This document shows, piece by piece, positions 9,101-16,440 of a stretch of DNA of 64,000 nucleotides. The stretch lies in the NCBI GenBank assembly GCA_050298555.1, contig JBNKUL010000057.1, positions 4,229-68,228 on the forward strand, written 5' to 3'. The position numbers were made by a program, and so were the translations under genes. Every line of letters begins with the position of its first letter. The first letter of the stretch is position 1. Source of the DNA: Thiohalomonadaceae bacterium. Lineage in GTDB: Bacteria > Pseudomonadota > Gammaproteobacteria > Thiohalomonadales > Thiohalomonadaceae. The notes under the pieces are model-generated. The model had not been told where the DNA came from. It saw only the letters and a list, made by a program, of their open reading frames with translations, and made no database searches.

Positions 9101-11174
9101 TGATGATCATCGCAAAGCCCAGCTCTTCCGGGTCACGGGTGTTGGCAATCATGAAGATGTAGCTCTGAACGCCGGTGGCATGCTCCCACTTGAAGGTCAG
9201 CGGGTCCATGTCACTCGGGATAGCGGCAAGGGTCGAGCCATTGGTCACAGGATCGGTATTGCCATTTTCATACATCTTCACATCGAGCAGGTCGAGGGAC
9301 ACCAGGGCGGTACCACGGTGGTCGGTCCCCTCGGAGAGACGCGAAACCTTCCAGGCGCCGTTGAGGTGCTTGACGCTAACGTAGAAGGTGTCTTCCGGCA
9401 TCGCATCACTACACTCTTTACTGGTGTTGGTGGTCGCGGCCGTGAAGTTGAAGGCGAAGTTAGCATTATCCGCATCCACCACATTGATGGTAGTGGCCGC
9501 GCCGGTGTCATCCGTGGCCAGGGCTGCACTCAGCTCAACGCTGCAGTTCGCCCACATGGTGGTGGCCATCTCCATCAGGCTCATGAACTCTTTCAGGCTG
9601 AGGCGACCGTTGCGGTTGACATCCTCCTCCATGAATTCGCCATAGTTGAGGTTGTACTCCATCACGAAGGTGGAGGTCATCAGGCTCTTCAGCAGGGTCA
9701 GGTTGCCATCGTTCATGGCCTGTACCCACTGACCAAAGAGCTCGAGCACCTCGGTCTGGGCGGCAATGGTATCTGCCGTACCCGTGGAGTCGATACCGTC
9801 GGCAGCGCCCACCGTGGTAAAGGTGCCGGTCAGGTCTGAGCTGGCGTTACCGGACAGGTCGCTGATGCCGCTGATGGTGTAGCTGTAGGTGCTATTCAGC
9901 TGCAGCGACTCGGTAAGGTCGAACTGGTAGAGATAGTTACCACTGGCATCCTGCCCCATGAACATCACGCCCGGCAGGTCGCCCACGCTGGGGGTGGAGG
10001 CAATACGCAGGGTATTGATGTCCAGCAGCTCATCGGAGCTCAGCTGCAGCGGTGTGGTGAGTGCCACATCGGTCGCACCGTTAGTGATGCTGAAGGTAGC
10101 GGTAGGACCGGAGCTGTCGCCAGCCACCGCGGTTACGGTACCCACTGCCTCGTAACCGGTGGTATTGCTGTAGACGTTGGCAACGGTTTCCGGGACGGTC
10201 ACGGTGTAGTCGCCTGCCGCCAGGTCGGTGTCAGGCTCGAAGGTCGCGGTCATCCAGTCGGCCGACAGCGCCCATTTACCAGCAACCGCACTACCATTTT
10301 CCACGGTGATGTTCTGCACACTACCGCGACTCATGGCCATATCGAAGGTCACCTGAATCGCCGCGTTGGCAGGCATCTCGCCGCCAGTCCAGGTCTTGGT
10401 GCCGTCGGTGTTCTTGTTGACGCCGAACATGGTGACCACGTTCGGGGTGACGTCGCTCGCCTCAGCACTGAGGTCATCGACGGTGACTGTACCGCCATCG
10501 GTGGTCGGCTCGGCCTTAAAGGCGGGCTGTACCGCAACGATCGGGTCGGTGGTGACACCGGCAACCGGGTCGAAGGTGGAGGGCTTGTAGACCAGCATGG
10601 TGTAGGTGCCGGAGGGGATGGGGTCACCATCTACGTATGCATCACCATTGGAGGCAGCAGTCGCACTACATTCAGCAGATGAAACACGGTCAGAGCACCC
10701 ATATACGTTCAGCGTATAAGCACCTGTACTATCTGTTACGTCTTGCGCCACGGGACTCAACCATTCAGGGTGATCCGCATCGTAGAGATAAACATAAGCG
10801 TTGGAGACAACATCACCGGCGGCAAACAGCGGCACGTCGGGGTTGCCGCCATTGATCATCGGCTTGTTGGCCACCCGGTAGCCCTTGCCGTTCGGACCGG
10901 GCTTCATCTTGGGTGCATGGGCCATGGCCTTGAGCTGGGCAGGTCCGGGCTTGGAGGAACCGGCAAGCAGGCTGGAGAGGGTCACCTTACCGGAAATGAC
11001 CGTAGCAACGGGGGTGGTACCGCCACCGGTGTCACCACCAGTATCGCCACCGGTGTCACCGCCAGTATCACCGGTAGTGGTGGTGCCACCGCCGCCGCCA
11101 CCACAGCCGACACTCACAAGTGCCAGCAGGGTGACGAGAAAAACTCTTCCAAACCGGTTTCTTAGCGAAGCCAT
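6141..11174 (-). CDS. Giant (1677 aa) multi-domain cell-envelope lipoprotein: Gly-rich tether, CarboxypepD_reg-like domain, two SbsA/Big_5-like Ig domains, NTF2-like domain with an EF-hand loop, about six Trp-rich beta-sandwich modules, Cys/His cluster and basic tail
   Basis: RBS GGAGAGGG lies 8 nt upstream of the ATG at 11174. Signal peptide ends in the lipobox-like LVSVGC. Uninterrupted 5,034-nt ORF with coding-like composition. Domain assignment is by eye from sequence patterns (see findings). Confidence 0.8.
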   Translation of the reverse strand: MASLRNRFGRVFLVTLLALVSVGCGGGGGGTTTTGDTGGDTGGDTGGDTGGGTTPVATVISGKVTLSSLLAGSSKPGPAQLKAMAHAPKMKPGPNGKGYRVANKPMINGGNPDVPLFAAGDVVSNAYVYLYDADHPEWLSPVAQDVTDSTGAYTLNVYGCSDRVSSAECSATAASNGDAYVDGDPIPSGTYTMLVYKPSTFDPVAGVTTDPIVAVQPAFKAEPTTDGGTVTVDDLSAEASDVTPNVVTMFGVNKNTDGTKTWTGGEMPANAAIQVTFDMAMSRGSVQNITVENGSAVAGKWALSADWMTATFEPDTDLAAGDYTVTVPETVANVYSNTTGYEAVGTVTAVAGDSSGPTATFSITNGATDVALTTPLQLSSDELLDINTLRIASTPSVGDLPGVMFMGQDASGNYLYQFDLTESLQLNSTYSYTISGISDLSGNASSDLTGTFTTVGAADGIDSTGTADTIAAQTEVLELFGQWVQAMNDGNLTLLKSLMTSTFVMEYNLNYGEFMEEDVNRNGRLSLKEFMSLMEMATTMWANCSVELSAALATDDTGAATTINVVDADNANFAFNFTAATTNTSKECSDAMPEDTFYVSVKHLNGAWKVSRLSEGTDHRGTALVSLDLLDVKMYENGNTDPVTNGSTLAAIPSDMDPLTFKWEHATGVQSYIFMIANTRDPEELGFAMIINKANLDTVTGTDGVSRLTFTIPEAQGLPNGAVDISDYFGFKTQDEMGNYVDWGIEREGEEFIWEIIGLGSKLSADFLPDTNGDVNVSVKEMVRDISAVSAVKRVKNPGVRKDIGVTVAADDGNTVGALTFSEWIGGYDADNANSITITVTSPNGATAAANGGWLYLNSESGWDDQPLSFTDNGDGTATATATVNLFQGWNWVDVNDGADLYRGFSVKTTGGIPPAIEVLSVTDQASNAIDLGAWNHADALTASSFTAQFTVDLNNADISAIMNSTSGWFSINLWLNNESGAYVNDYWDPTMGASQNGYITVDPNYDTINGLGLITITGVPLYQGDNWISVNFDGSDGGNTYLWTGSNFGIYTEAGQTYVPPVSITSVATTEGAATSTGDWGMGSDWNATDVTTATSVITVSGELDGSTSGWYYHSADGIWSDSVNFTATGGVFSFDITLYEGWNWISIEDGNGNWYGLNIYTDNGQSVPKPVITKVNTTDVVADNYGWIAPVSIDSCTATITGTAPANSTSMWADWNGSDSTGYYWENQELLLPGGGVAGVDPDQQFSVTFPVVGGTGSYNWVNIWDDANMTSVGIELQTTDTTCAYVAPMLTVDSITDANNVALTSDGWEYGYSDATYGIMPVTTPTVIISGTSTVPGRNIKISSGVCGGSEEIVAVADTVANASGTYDWHTTVDLHDSDPATYDPMYGYYDSQWFDISDGNNWLSVTIASDSNSPAYAPISLTVPAGVTDNSWSGSCAYSDWDAGTATTVTISGTTSGSDGWGEYWTGNSWGNFEIVGGAFSFDVSLYNGYNYVSVNDADWNWYNVNITTANGIMPPQYVTITSPTHGATGLSGTQTVTGSVDIANFVADSVWASVEYFDPTTGMWEYGYFDSSLTAPNQWGDMPMSYDAGTGDFSLSGDLPVGAEDVRVSVDACGMDGCHGHTIYVNSTSDWNTESFYKPGASTADKAAAERERSSKRRAHKAYKRAEARRAK
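11019..11072 (-). repeat. In-frame tandem repeat encoding (GDTGG)x4 in the lipoprotein tether
   Basis: DNA repeat with 15/30-nt periodicity: ggtgtcaccaccagtatcgccacc / ggtgtcaccgccagtatcaccggt. Confidence 0.7.
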
Positions 11175-11524
11175 AGTTTTACCCTCTCCAGTTCAAATAA
11201 CCGACTCGCTCGGTTTCTTAATAGTAATAATTTCCACAGTTGTGCCGCAGAAAATAGGCTAATCGCCAGCGGGATGCAAACCCTTTATAGAATTTGTCTA
11301 TTATTCCCCGAAGTATCAAAATGTCATCGTGATAAATTAAAGAACAACAGCACAATAGCTCGCTATCCTACTGTTTTAATTAATGATATGTGCGCCATCT
11401 CTTATGGACCCGCCCCCAATACACGCAATGGAACCAGGGGATATATGGAAGAGGGCAGCGCAATATTTTTTTTAAAACTGATATGTTGTTCACAAAAAGT
11501 CCGCCACCTTAGACCGGTATCGCA

Positions 11525-13702
11525 ATGAAACAACTGCTCAAACACAACAAGACGAATGCCGCCGCCCTAATCGCCCTAATTATTGGAATAGTGGTGAGCA
11601 GCCTATTCTATAGTGGTGCACTGGCTCGGCTGGAGTGGATCAGCTACGACCTGCGCATGCGTTACCACCAGGAGGAGAGCACGGTGCACCCGCAGGTAGC
11701 GGTGGTGCTGATCGACGAGGCCTCGCTGCAGGCGATGGATCCACTGGTCGGCCGCTGGCCCTGGCCGCGCTCCGTCTACTCGGAGCTGCTGGAGTTCTTC
11801 GCCATGGGTGGGGCGCGGGCTGTGGCCTTCGATATTCTGTTCCCCGAACGCGATACCCAGGGAGGAGTGACGGAAAACGGCTATGGCCCCAACGACCAGA
11901 GCTTCATCGATGCCACGGCGGCGGCTGGCAGCGTTATCCATGCGATGCAGGTGATGCGTGAGCTCGACAGTAGTGCGCACTCCACCACCCTAAACCGCCC
12001 GATACCCGAGGCCTTTGTACAGCAACACGCCATCAGCTCCGCCGTGGATTTTCCCGACTACGGCAATAACGACTATCTGCTGCCGATTGAGGGGTTGGCT
12101 CAGGCGGCGGCCGGCATCGGTATTGTGGAGATCGATCCTGATGACGACGGTGTCTACCGGCGTATTCGCCCCTTTAGTGTCTACCAGGGCAATGTCTTCC
12201 CTTCGCTGGGGATGGCACCGCTGTTCGATGGCGGCACGGTCCATTTTAACGGGGACCACATCACCACTGACAACGGCATGGTGCTACCCCTGGACGAGGA
12301 TGGCTTCTACCCCATCAAGATGGAGGGACGCTTCGAGCCCTACTCCATCAGCGGCATCCTCGCCACCATCCAGAACCTGAAGTCCGGCGATGTGGAGAAC
12401 CTGCTGGTGGATCCCTACGAGTTCGAGGACAAGGTGGTCTTTATCGGCGCCAGCGCCATCGGTGTGCAGGACATCAAGGCGACGCCGATGTCGGCCAAAA
12501 CACCCGGAGTGTTCCTGCACGCCTCAATGGCCAGCAGCCTGCTCAAGGGGGCCTCGCTACAGCCACCAAGTGCCACCGTAACGGTGCTGCTGATCATCGG
12601 ATTCACCCTGCTCACCACCGTGGGCATCCTGCTGTTCAGCCACAGCCATAGCTTCCAACAGGCGCTGCTGCCATTGATGCTGGCGGTTTGCTATGGCGGC
12701 TGGTCTATTTGGGAATTCGGCAACGGCCGGGTCTATGAGATGATTGCTCCGCTGCTCGCCATCGCCCTGAGCTGGCTTGGCAGCTCCTCCTACCTGGTCT
12801 TCACCGAGGGTAAGGACAAGCGCCGGGTGCGCAATATGCTGTCGCAATACGTCTCGCCCGCGGTACTCGCCACGGTGGTGGATAAATATGAGAACCAGAT
12901 CCAGGCCGAGGTCGGCAAGCGGGAGAATCTCACCATCCTCTTCTCCGACATTCGCGGTTTCACCGCCACCTCGGAAACCGTCGAGGCGGAAAGGGTGGTG
13001 GAGATGCTCAATACCTACTTCTCGGCGATGACCGATGTGATCTTCGACTACGAAGGGACACTGGATAAGTTCATCGGGGATGCCATCATGGCCTTCTGGG
13101 GGGCGCCAATCCTGCACGCCGACCACGCCGACCGCGGCGTGATGGCGGCCCTCACGATGCAGCGGGCACTGGTGAAGGTCAACGAGGAGCTTACCGCCAT
13201 CGGCCTGCCCAGCGTCACCATCGGCATCGGCCTTAACAGCGGCGACGTGATTTTGGGCAACATCGGTTCGGCGCGAAAGCTCGACTACACCATCATCGGC
13301 GACAACGTAAACCTGGCCTCCCGGCTGGAGGGGCTGACCAAGTATTACGGCGTACCGTTGATCATCTCGGAGAACACCCATGCCCAGCTGCAGCAATCCA
13401 TCCCCTGTGCGGTGGTCGATATGGTGCGGGTGAAGGGTAAGACGGTACCGATACGGCTATACTCACCCCTGGCGCTGCCCGATGATGATGAGGCGACTGT
13501 CCAAACGGCACGGCGCGTGGCAGAATTGAGCCATCAGGCCTTTGACAGCTACCTGGCGCAACGCTGGGATGATGCCATCGCCCTATACGAACAACTGCCA
13601 TATGAAACACTGAAAAAGGTGTTCATCACACGGTGCCAGGAATACCTCCTACACCCCCCGACAGAGGGATGGGACGGTGCGTACACCATGAATAGAAAAT
13701 AA
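11525..13702 (+). CDS. Receptor-type class III adenylate/guanylate cyclase with a periplasmic CHASE2 sensor domain
   Basis: N-terminal TM (ALIALIIGIVVSSLFYSGAL), a ~300-aa extracytoplasmic region, three TM helices, then the cyclase core with LTILFSDIRGFTATSE, KFIGDAIMAFWGAP and GLNSGDVILGNIGS...DYTIIGDNVNLASRLE. Confidence 0.87.
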   Translation: MKQLLKHNKTNAAALIALIIGIVVSSLFYSGALARLEWISYDLRMRYHQEESTVHPQVAVVLIDEASLQAMDPLVGRWPWPRSVYSELLEFFAMGGARAVAFDILFPERDTQGGVTENGYGPNDQSFIDATAAAGSVIHAMQVMRELDSSAHSTTLNRPIPEAFVQQHAISSAVDFPDYGNNDYLLPIEGLAQAAAGIGIVEIDPDDDGVYRRIRPFSVYQGNVFPSLGMAPLFDGGTVHFNGDHITTDNGMVLPLDEDGFYPIKMEGRFEPYSISGILATIQNLKSGDVENLLVDPYEFEDKVVFIGASAIGVQDIKATPMSAKTPGVFLHASMASSLLKGASLQPPSATVTVLLIIGFTLLTTVGILLFSHSHSFQQALLPLMLAVCYGGWSIWEFGNGRVYEMIAPLLAIALSWLGSSSYLVFTEGKDKRRVRNMLSQYVSPAVLATVVDKYENQIQAEVGKRENLTILFSDIRGFTATSETVEAERVVEMLNTYFSAMTDVIFDYEGTLDKFIGDAIMAFWGAPILHADHADRGVMAALTMQRALVKVNEELTAIGLPSVTIGIGLNSGDVILGNIGSARKLDYTIIGDNVNLASRLEGLTKYYGVPLIISENTHAQLQQSIPCAVVDMVRVKGKTVPIRLYSPLALPDDDEATVQTARRVAELSHQAFDSYLAQRWDDAIALYEQLPYETLKKVFITRCQEYLLHPPTEGWDGAYTMNRK

Positions 13703-13719
13703 TTATGGAGAGGGACGTT

Positions 13720-14193
13720 ATGAAGAGAACTCTGTTATTTGCCGCCCTGATGGCCGCATCCACGCTCAGCGCCGCGGAAACGCTCTACGTCCAGAGCAAC
13801 AAGGCCAAGCTTCTGGAGACACCCCAATTCAATGCCCCAGCTGTCGGCGAACTACAGAAGGGCAATGAAGTGAATGTACTGCAGCAGCAGAAGCGCTGGG
13901 TAGAGGTCGAGTATCAGGGCAACAGTGGCTGGCTTTCGCGCTTCCTGCTCTCCGACCACCCTCCCCTGAAGAAGGTGACGGTACTGGGTGATGGGGAAAC
14001 CCTGAAGCTAGAGGAGAACGCCCGGCGCAGGGCCTCCGCCGTGACCACCGCAGGTGCTGCCCGTGGCCTCTCCGCGGATGACCGCAAGCGTAGTAATAGC
14101 GGTGATAAGTCCGACTACTTCGCCCTGGAAAAGGTGGAAAACTACAAGGTCGAGGATAAGGCCGTCACTGAATTCATCGAGCAGGGTAAATAG
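13720..14193 (+). CDS. Periplasmic SH3b-domain protein
   Basis: Signal peptide MKRTLLFAALMAASTLSAAE. SH3_3-like core is LYVQSNKAKLLETPQFNAPAVGELQKGNEVNVLQQQKRWVEVEYQGNSGWLSRFLL. The ATG at 13720 follows GGAGAGGG. Confidence 0.7.
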   Translation: MKRTLLFAALMAASTLSAAETLYVQSNKAKLLETPQFNAPAVGELQKGNEVNVLQQQKRWVEVEYQGNSGWLSRFLLSDHPPLKKVTVLGDGETLKLEENARRRASAVTTAGAARGLSADDRKRSNSGDKSDYFALEKVENYKVEDKAVTEFIEQGK

Positions 14194-14195
14194 TA

Positions 14196-15041
14196 ATGAA
14201 AAGCGGCAAAGTCGCCACCAGGCTTCTGGGCATGGCCGCGGTCATGCTAATGGCATTCAACCTCCAGGCGGCGCAGGAATTCCGCCAGCGCATCCATGCG
14301 GTCAAGCTGGATGTAGAGGGCATCACCTCGGACGTCGAGGCGGAGATCGAGTTCGGCAGGGAGGTGGCCGCCCGCATCCTCGGCCGCTATTCACTGGATG
14401 ATAGCGAATCGATCAACCGCTATATCAACCTGGTCGGCCAGAGCGTGGTCCGGCACGCCGGACGACCGGAGTTGCAGTTCCACTTCGCCATGCTGGAGAG
14501 CGACGAGGTCAACGCCTACGCCGCCCCCGGTGGCTATATCTTTATAACCAGGGGGGCGCTAAAGCTGATGCGGGACGAGGCGGAGCTCGCCGCGGTACTG
14601 GCCCACGAGGTCGCCCACGTCACGCAGAAGCATATCGTCAAGGAGCTCAACATCCACGCCGCCGACGACTCCACCGAAGCGGGGCTGGCCGCCCTGCTCG
14701 GCGGTATGAGCGACCCGGCCCGGGTGGCCTTCCTGCAGGCCCTGGACAAGGCGGTAGAACTGCTGTTCTCCGCCGGCCTGAAGAAAGAGGACGAGTACGA
14801 GGCGGACCAGGTGGGAACCATGCTGAATGTCGCCAGCGGCTATGACGCCACCGCGCTGCACCGCTACCTGGACCGCGTCAAGCAGCAGAAGGGGGAGAAG
14901 ACCGCCATCCTCAGTCACACCCACCCCTCATTCTCCTCGCGCCTGACCTTGCTGCAAGGCCTGTTCCAGGAAGAGAAGCTGGAGCACGATGCAGACAAGA
15001 CGGTGAAGCAGCGCTTCGACACCCAAATCAGCCAACTGTGA
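14196..15041 (+). CDS. Periplasmic M48-family zinc metalloprotease
   Basis: Signal peptide present. NAYAAPGGYIFITRG, then the HExxH motif LAHEVAHV (14604-14618). Size is similar to the short M48 proteases of the YcaL/LoiP type. Confidence 0.85.
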   Translation: MKSGKVATRLLGMAAVMLMAFNLQAAQEFRQRIHAVKLDVEGITSDVEAEIEFGREVAARILGRYSLDDSESINRYINLVGQSVVRHAGRPELQFHFAMLESDEVNAYAAPGGYIFITRGALKLMRDEAELAAVLAHEVAHVTQKHIVKELNIHAADDSTEAGLAALLGGMSDPARVAFLQALDKAVELLFSAGLKKEDEYEADQVGTMLNVASGYDATALHRYLDRVKQQKGEKTAILSHTHPSFSSRLTLLQGLFQEEKLEHDADKTVKQRFDTQISQL

Positions 15042-15058
15042 ATTTAAGGAAGTGTGTA

Positions 15059-16318
15059 ATGAGCAATAATAAGAACACTTACCGTAGCGCTGTTCTGCTC
15101 TGCGGTCTGGCGACCTCTGGCCTCGCCGCTGCGGACGATTTCCACTACATCAATATGCAAATGGGCGATCGCGCCTCCGGCATGGCCGGCGCCTACACCG
15201 CGGTCTCCGACGACCCCTCCGGGCTGTTCTACAACCCGGCGGGCCTCACCTACATGGGCACCCGCAACCTCTCCGCCAGCATGAACGCCTACCACACCAC
15301 CAACCTCAAATATAAAGGGGTACTGGGTGGCGGTGACTGGAAACGCGAATCGGGCAACCTGGTGCCGAACTTTTTCGGTGTCGCACAACCCATGGGCATC
15401 GGGGTATTCGGCTTCTCCTATGCGGCCACCGATGCGATTGTGGAGAATCAGGACTCGGTCTTCTACAACGTGGGCACGCAAATAAAACAGTTCACCTTGA
15501 ACCTGAACAATGAGGAGAAGACCTACAAGATTGGTCCCTCCTTTGCCCTGGCGGTCAACGACGACCTCTCTGTGGGGATCACGCTTTATGCCCACCTACG
15601 CGACACCGAGACCATCTTCAACCAGAATATCATCCTCAATGACGATACCTACGAGTGGTCAAACAACTACACCCAAACCAGTGAGGTGGGGATAGAGCCG
15701 ATCATTGGCGTTATGTGGAGCCCGTTGGACAAGGTTTCATTCGGCCTGTCGGTCAGGACAACCCAGCTACTCAGCGCAGAGCAGACCATCCAGCAAGCCG
15801 TCTCGACTGACATCGGCTGCACCACCGGTACAGCATGCCCGTCCACGGTTCCGACCCCCACACTCATTAACGCTAGCGAAACACGCAGCTACCCGATTAG
15901 CACCTCTGTCGGTATCGCCTACTTCCCCAGCGATAAGCTGATCTACAGTATCGACTTCGATTATCACAGCACAGCGGACGGGGGAACCAAGCGCGCAAGC
16001 AACAAAACCGCAACCTGGAACGTGAAGGCCGGAATGGAGTATTACCTCTACAGCAACTGGGCACTTCGTGGCGGCATCTACACCAACAATGCCAACACCC
16101 CAGAAATCGATTCCAGCAAAACCGACCAGGATCAACATATCAACCTGTTAGGTTTCAGCCTCAGCGCCACGCGCTTTAGCCGTAACTCCTCCCTAAGCGT
16201 GGGCGTAAACTATGCGTCGGGCACCGGTGAGGCGCAGGTGATTAGCGGTACAACAGCCACCCAGGATGTCGATGCGAACAACCTCAGTCTCTTCCTCTCA
16301 ACCTCCTACAGCTACTAG
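15059..16318 (+). CDS. Outer-membrane beta-barrel protein, FadL/TodX-like
   Basis: Signal peptide AVLLCGLATSGLAAA. N-terminal plug-type motif GDRASGMAGAYTAVSDDPSGLFYNPAGL. Alternating amphipathic beta pattern throughout, and C-terminal ...LSTSYSY (aromatic terminus). Confidence 0.6.
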   Translation: MSNNKNTYRSAVLLCGLATSGLAAADDFHYINMQMGDRASGMAGAYTAVSDDPSGLFYNPAGLTYMGTRNLSASMNAYHTTNLKYKGVLGGGDWKRESGNLVPNFFGVAQPMGIGVFGFSYAATDAIVENQDSVFYNVGTQIKQFTLNLNNEEKTYKIGPSFALAVNDDLSVGITLYAHLRDTETIFNQNIILNDDTYEWSNNYTQTSEVGIEPIIGVMWSPLDKVSFGLSVRTTQLLSAEQTIQQAVSTDIGCTTGTACPSTVPTPTLINASETRSYPISTSVGIAYFPSDKLIYSIDFDYHSTADGGTKRASNKTATWNVKAGMEYYLYSNWALRGGIYTNNANTPEIDSSKTDQDQHINLLGFSLSATRFSRNSSLSVGVNYASGTGEAQVISGTTATQDVDANNLSLFLSTSYSY

Positions 16319-16440
16319 GACGTCGAATTCGTACGGCTTTGACCAAGCTCTCATAACTGCCGAATGCAGCTAGAATTATCATTCGAATTATCATAGGGTT
16401 GAGCCATTGATATGAACGACACGGGATACATGTTTGGGAT

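Noticed and set aside
8364-9839. 491-aa plus-strand ORF inside the giant gene region
   Set aside because: It is antisense to the 1677-aa ORF. The minus-strand frame has a strong RBS, a signal peptide and recognisable domain patterns, whereas this frame is a low-complexity G/V/H/R/A shadow.
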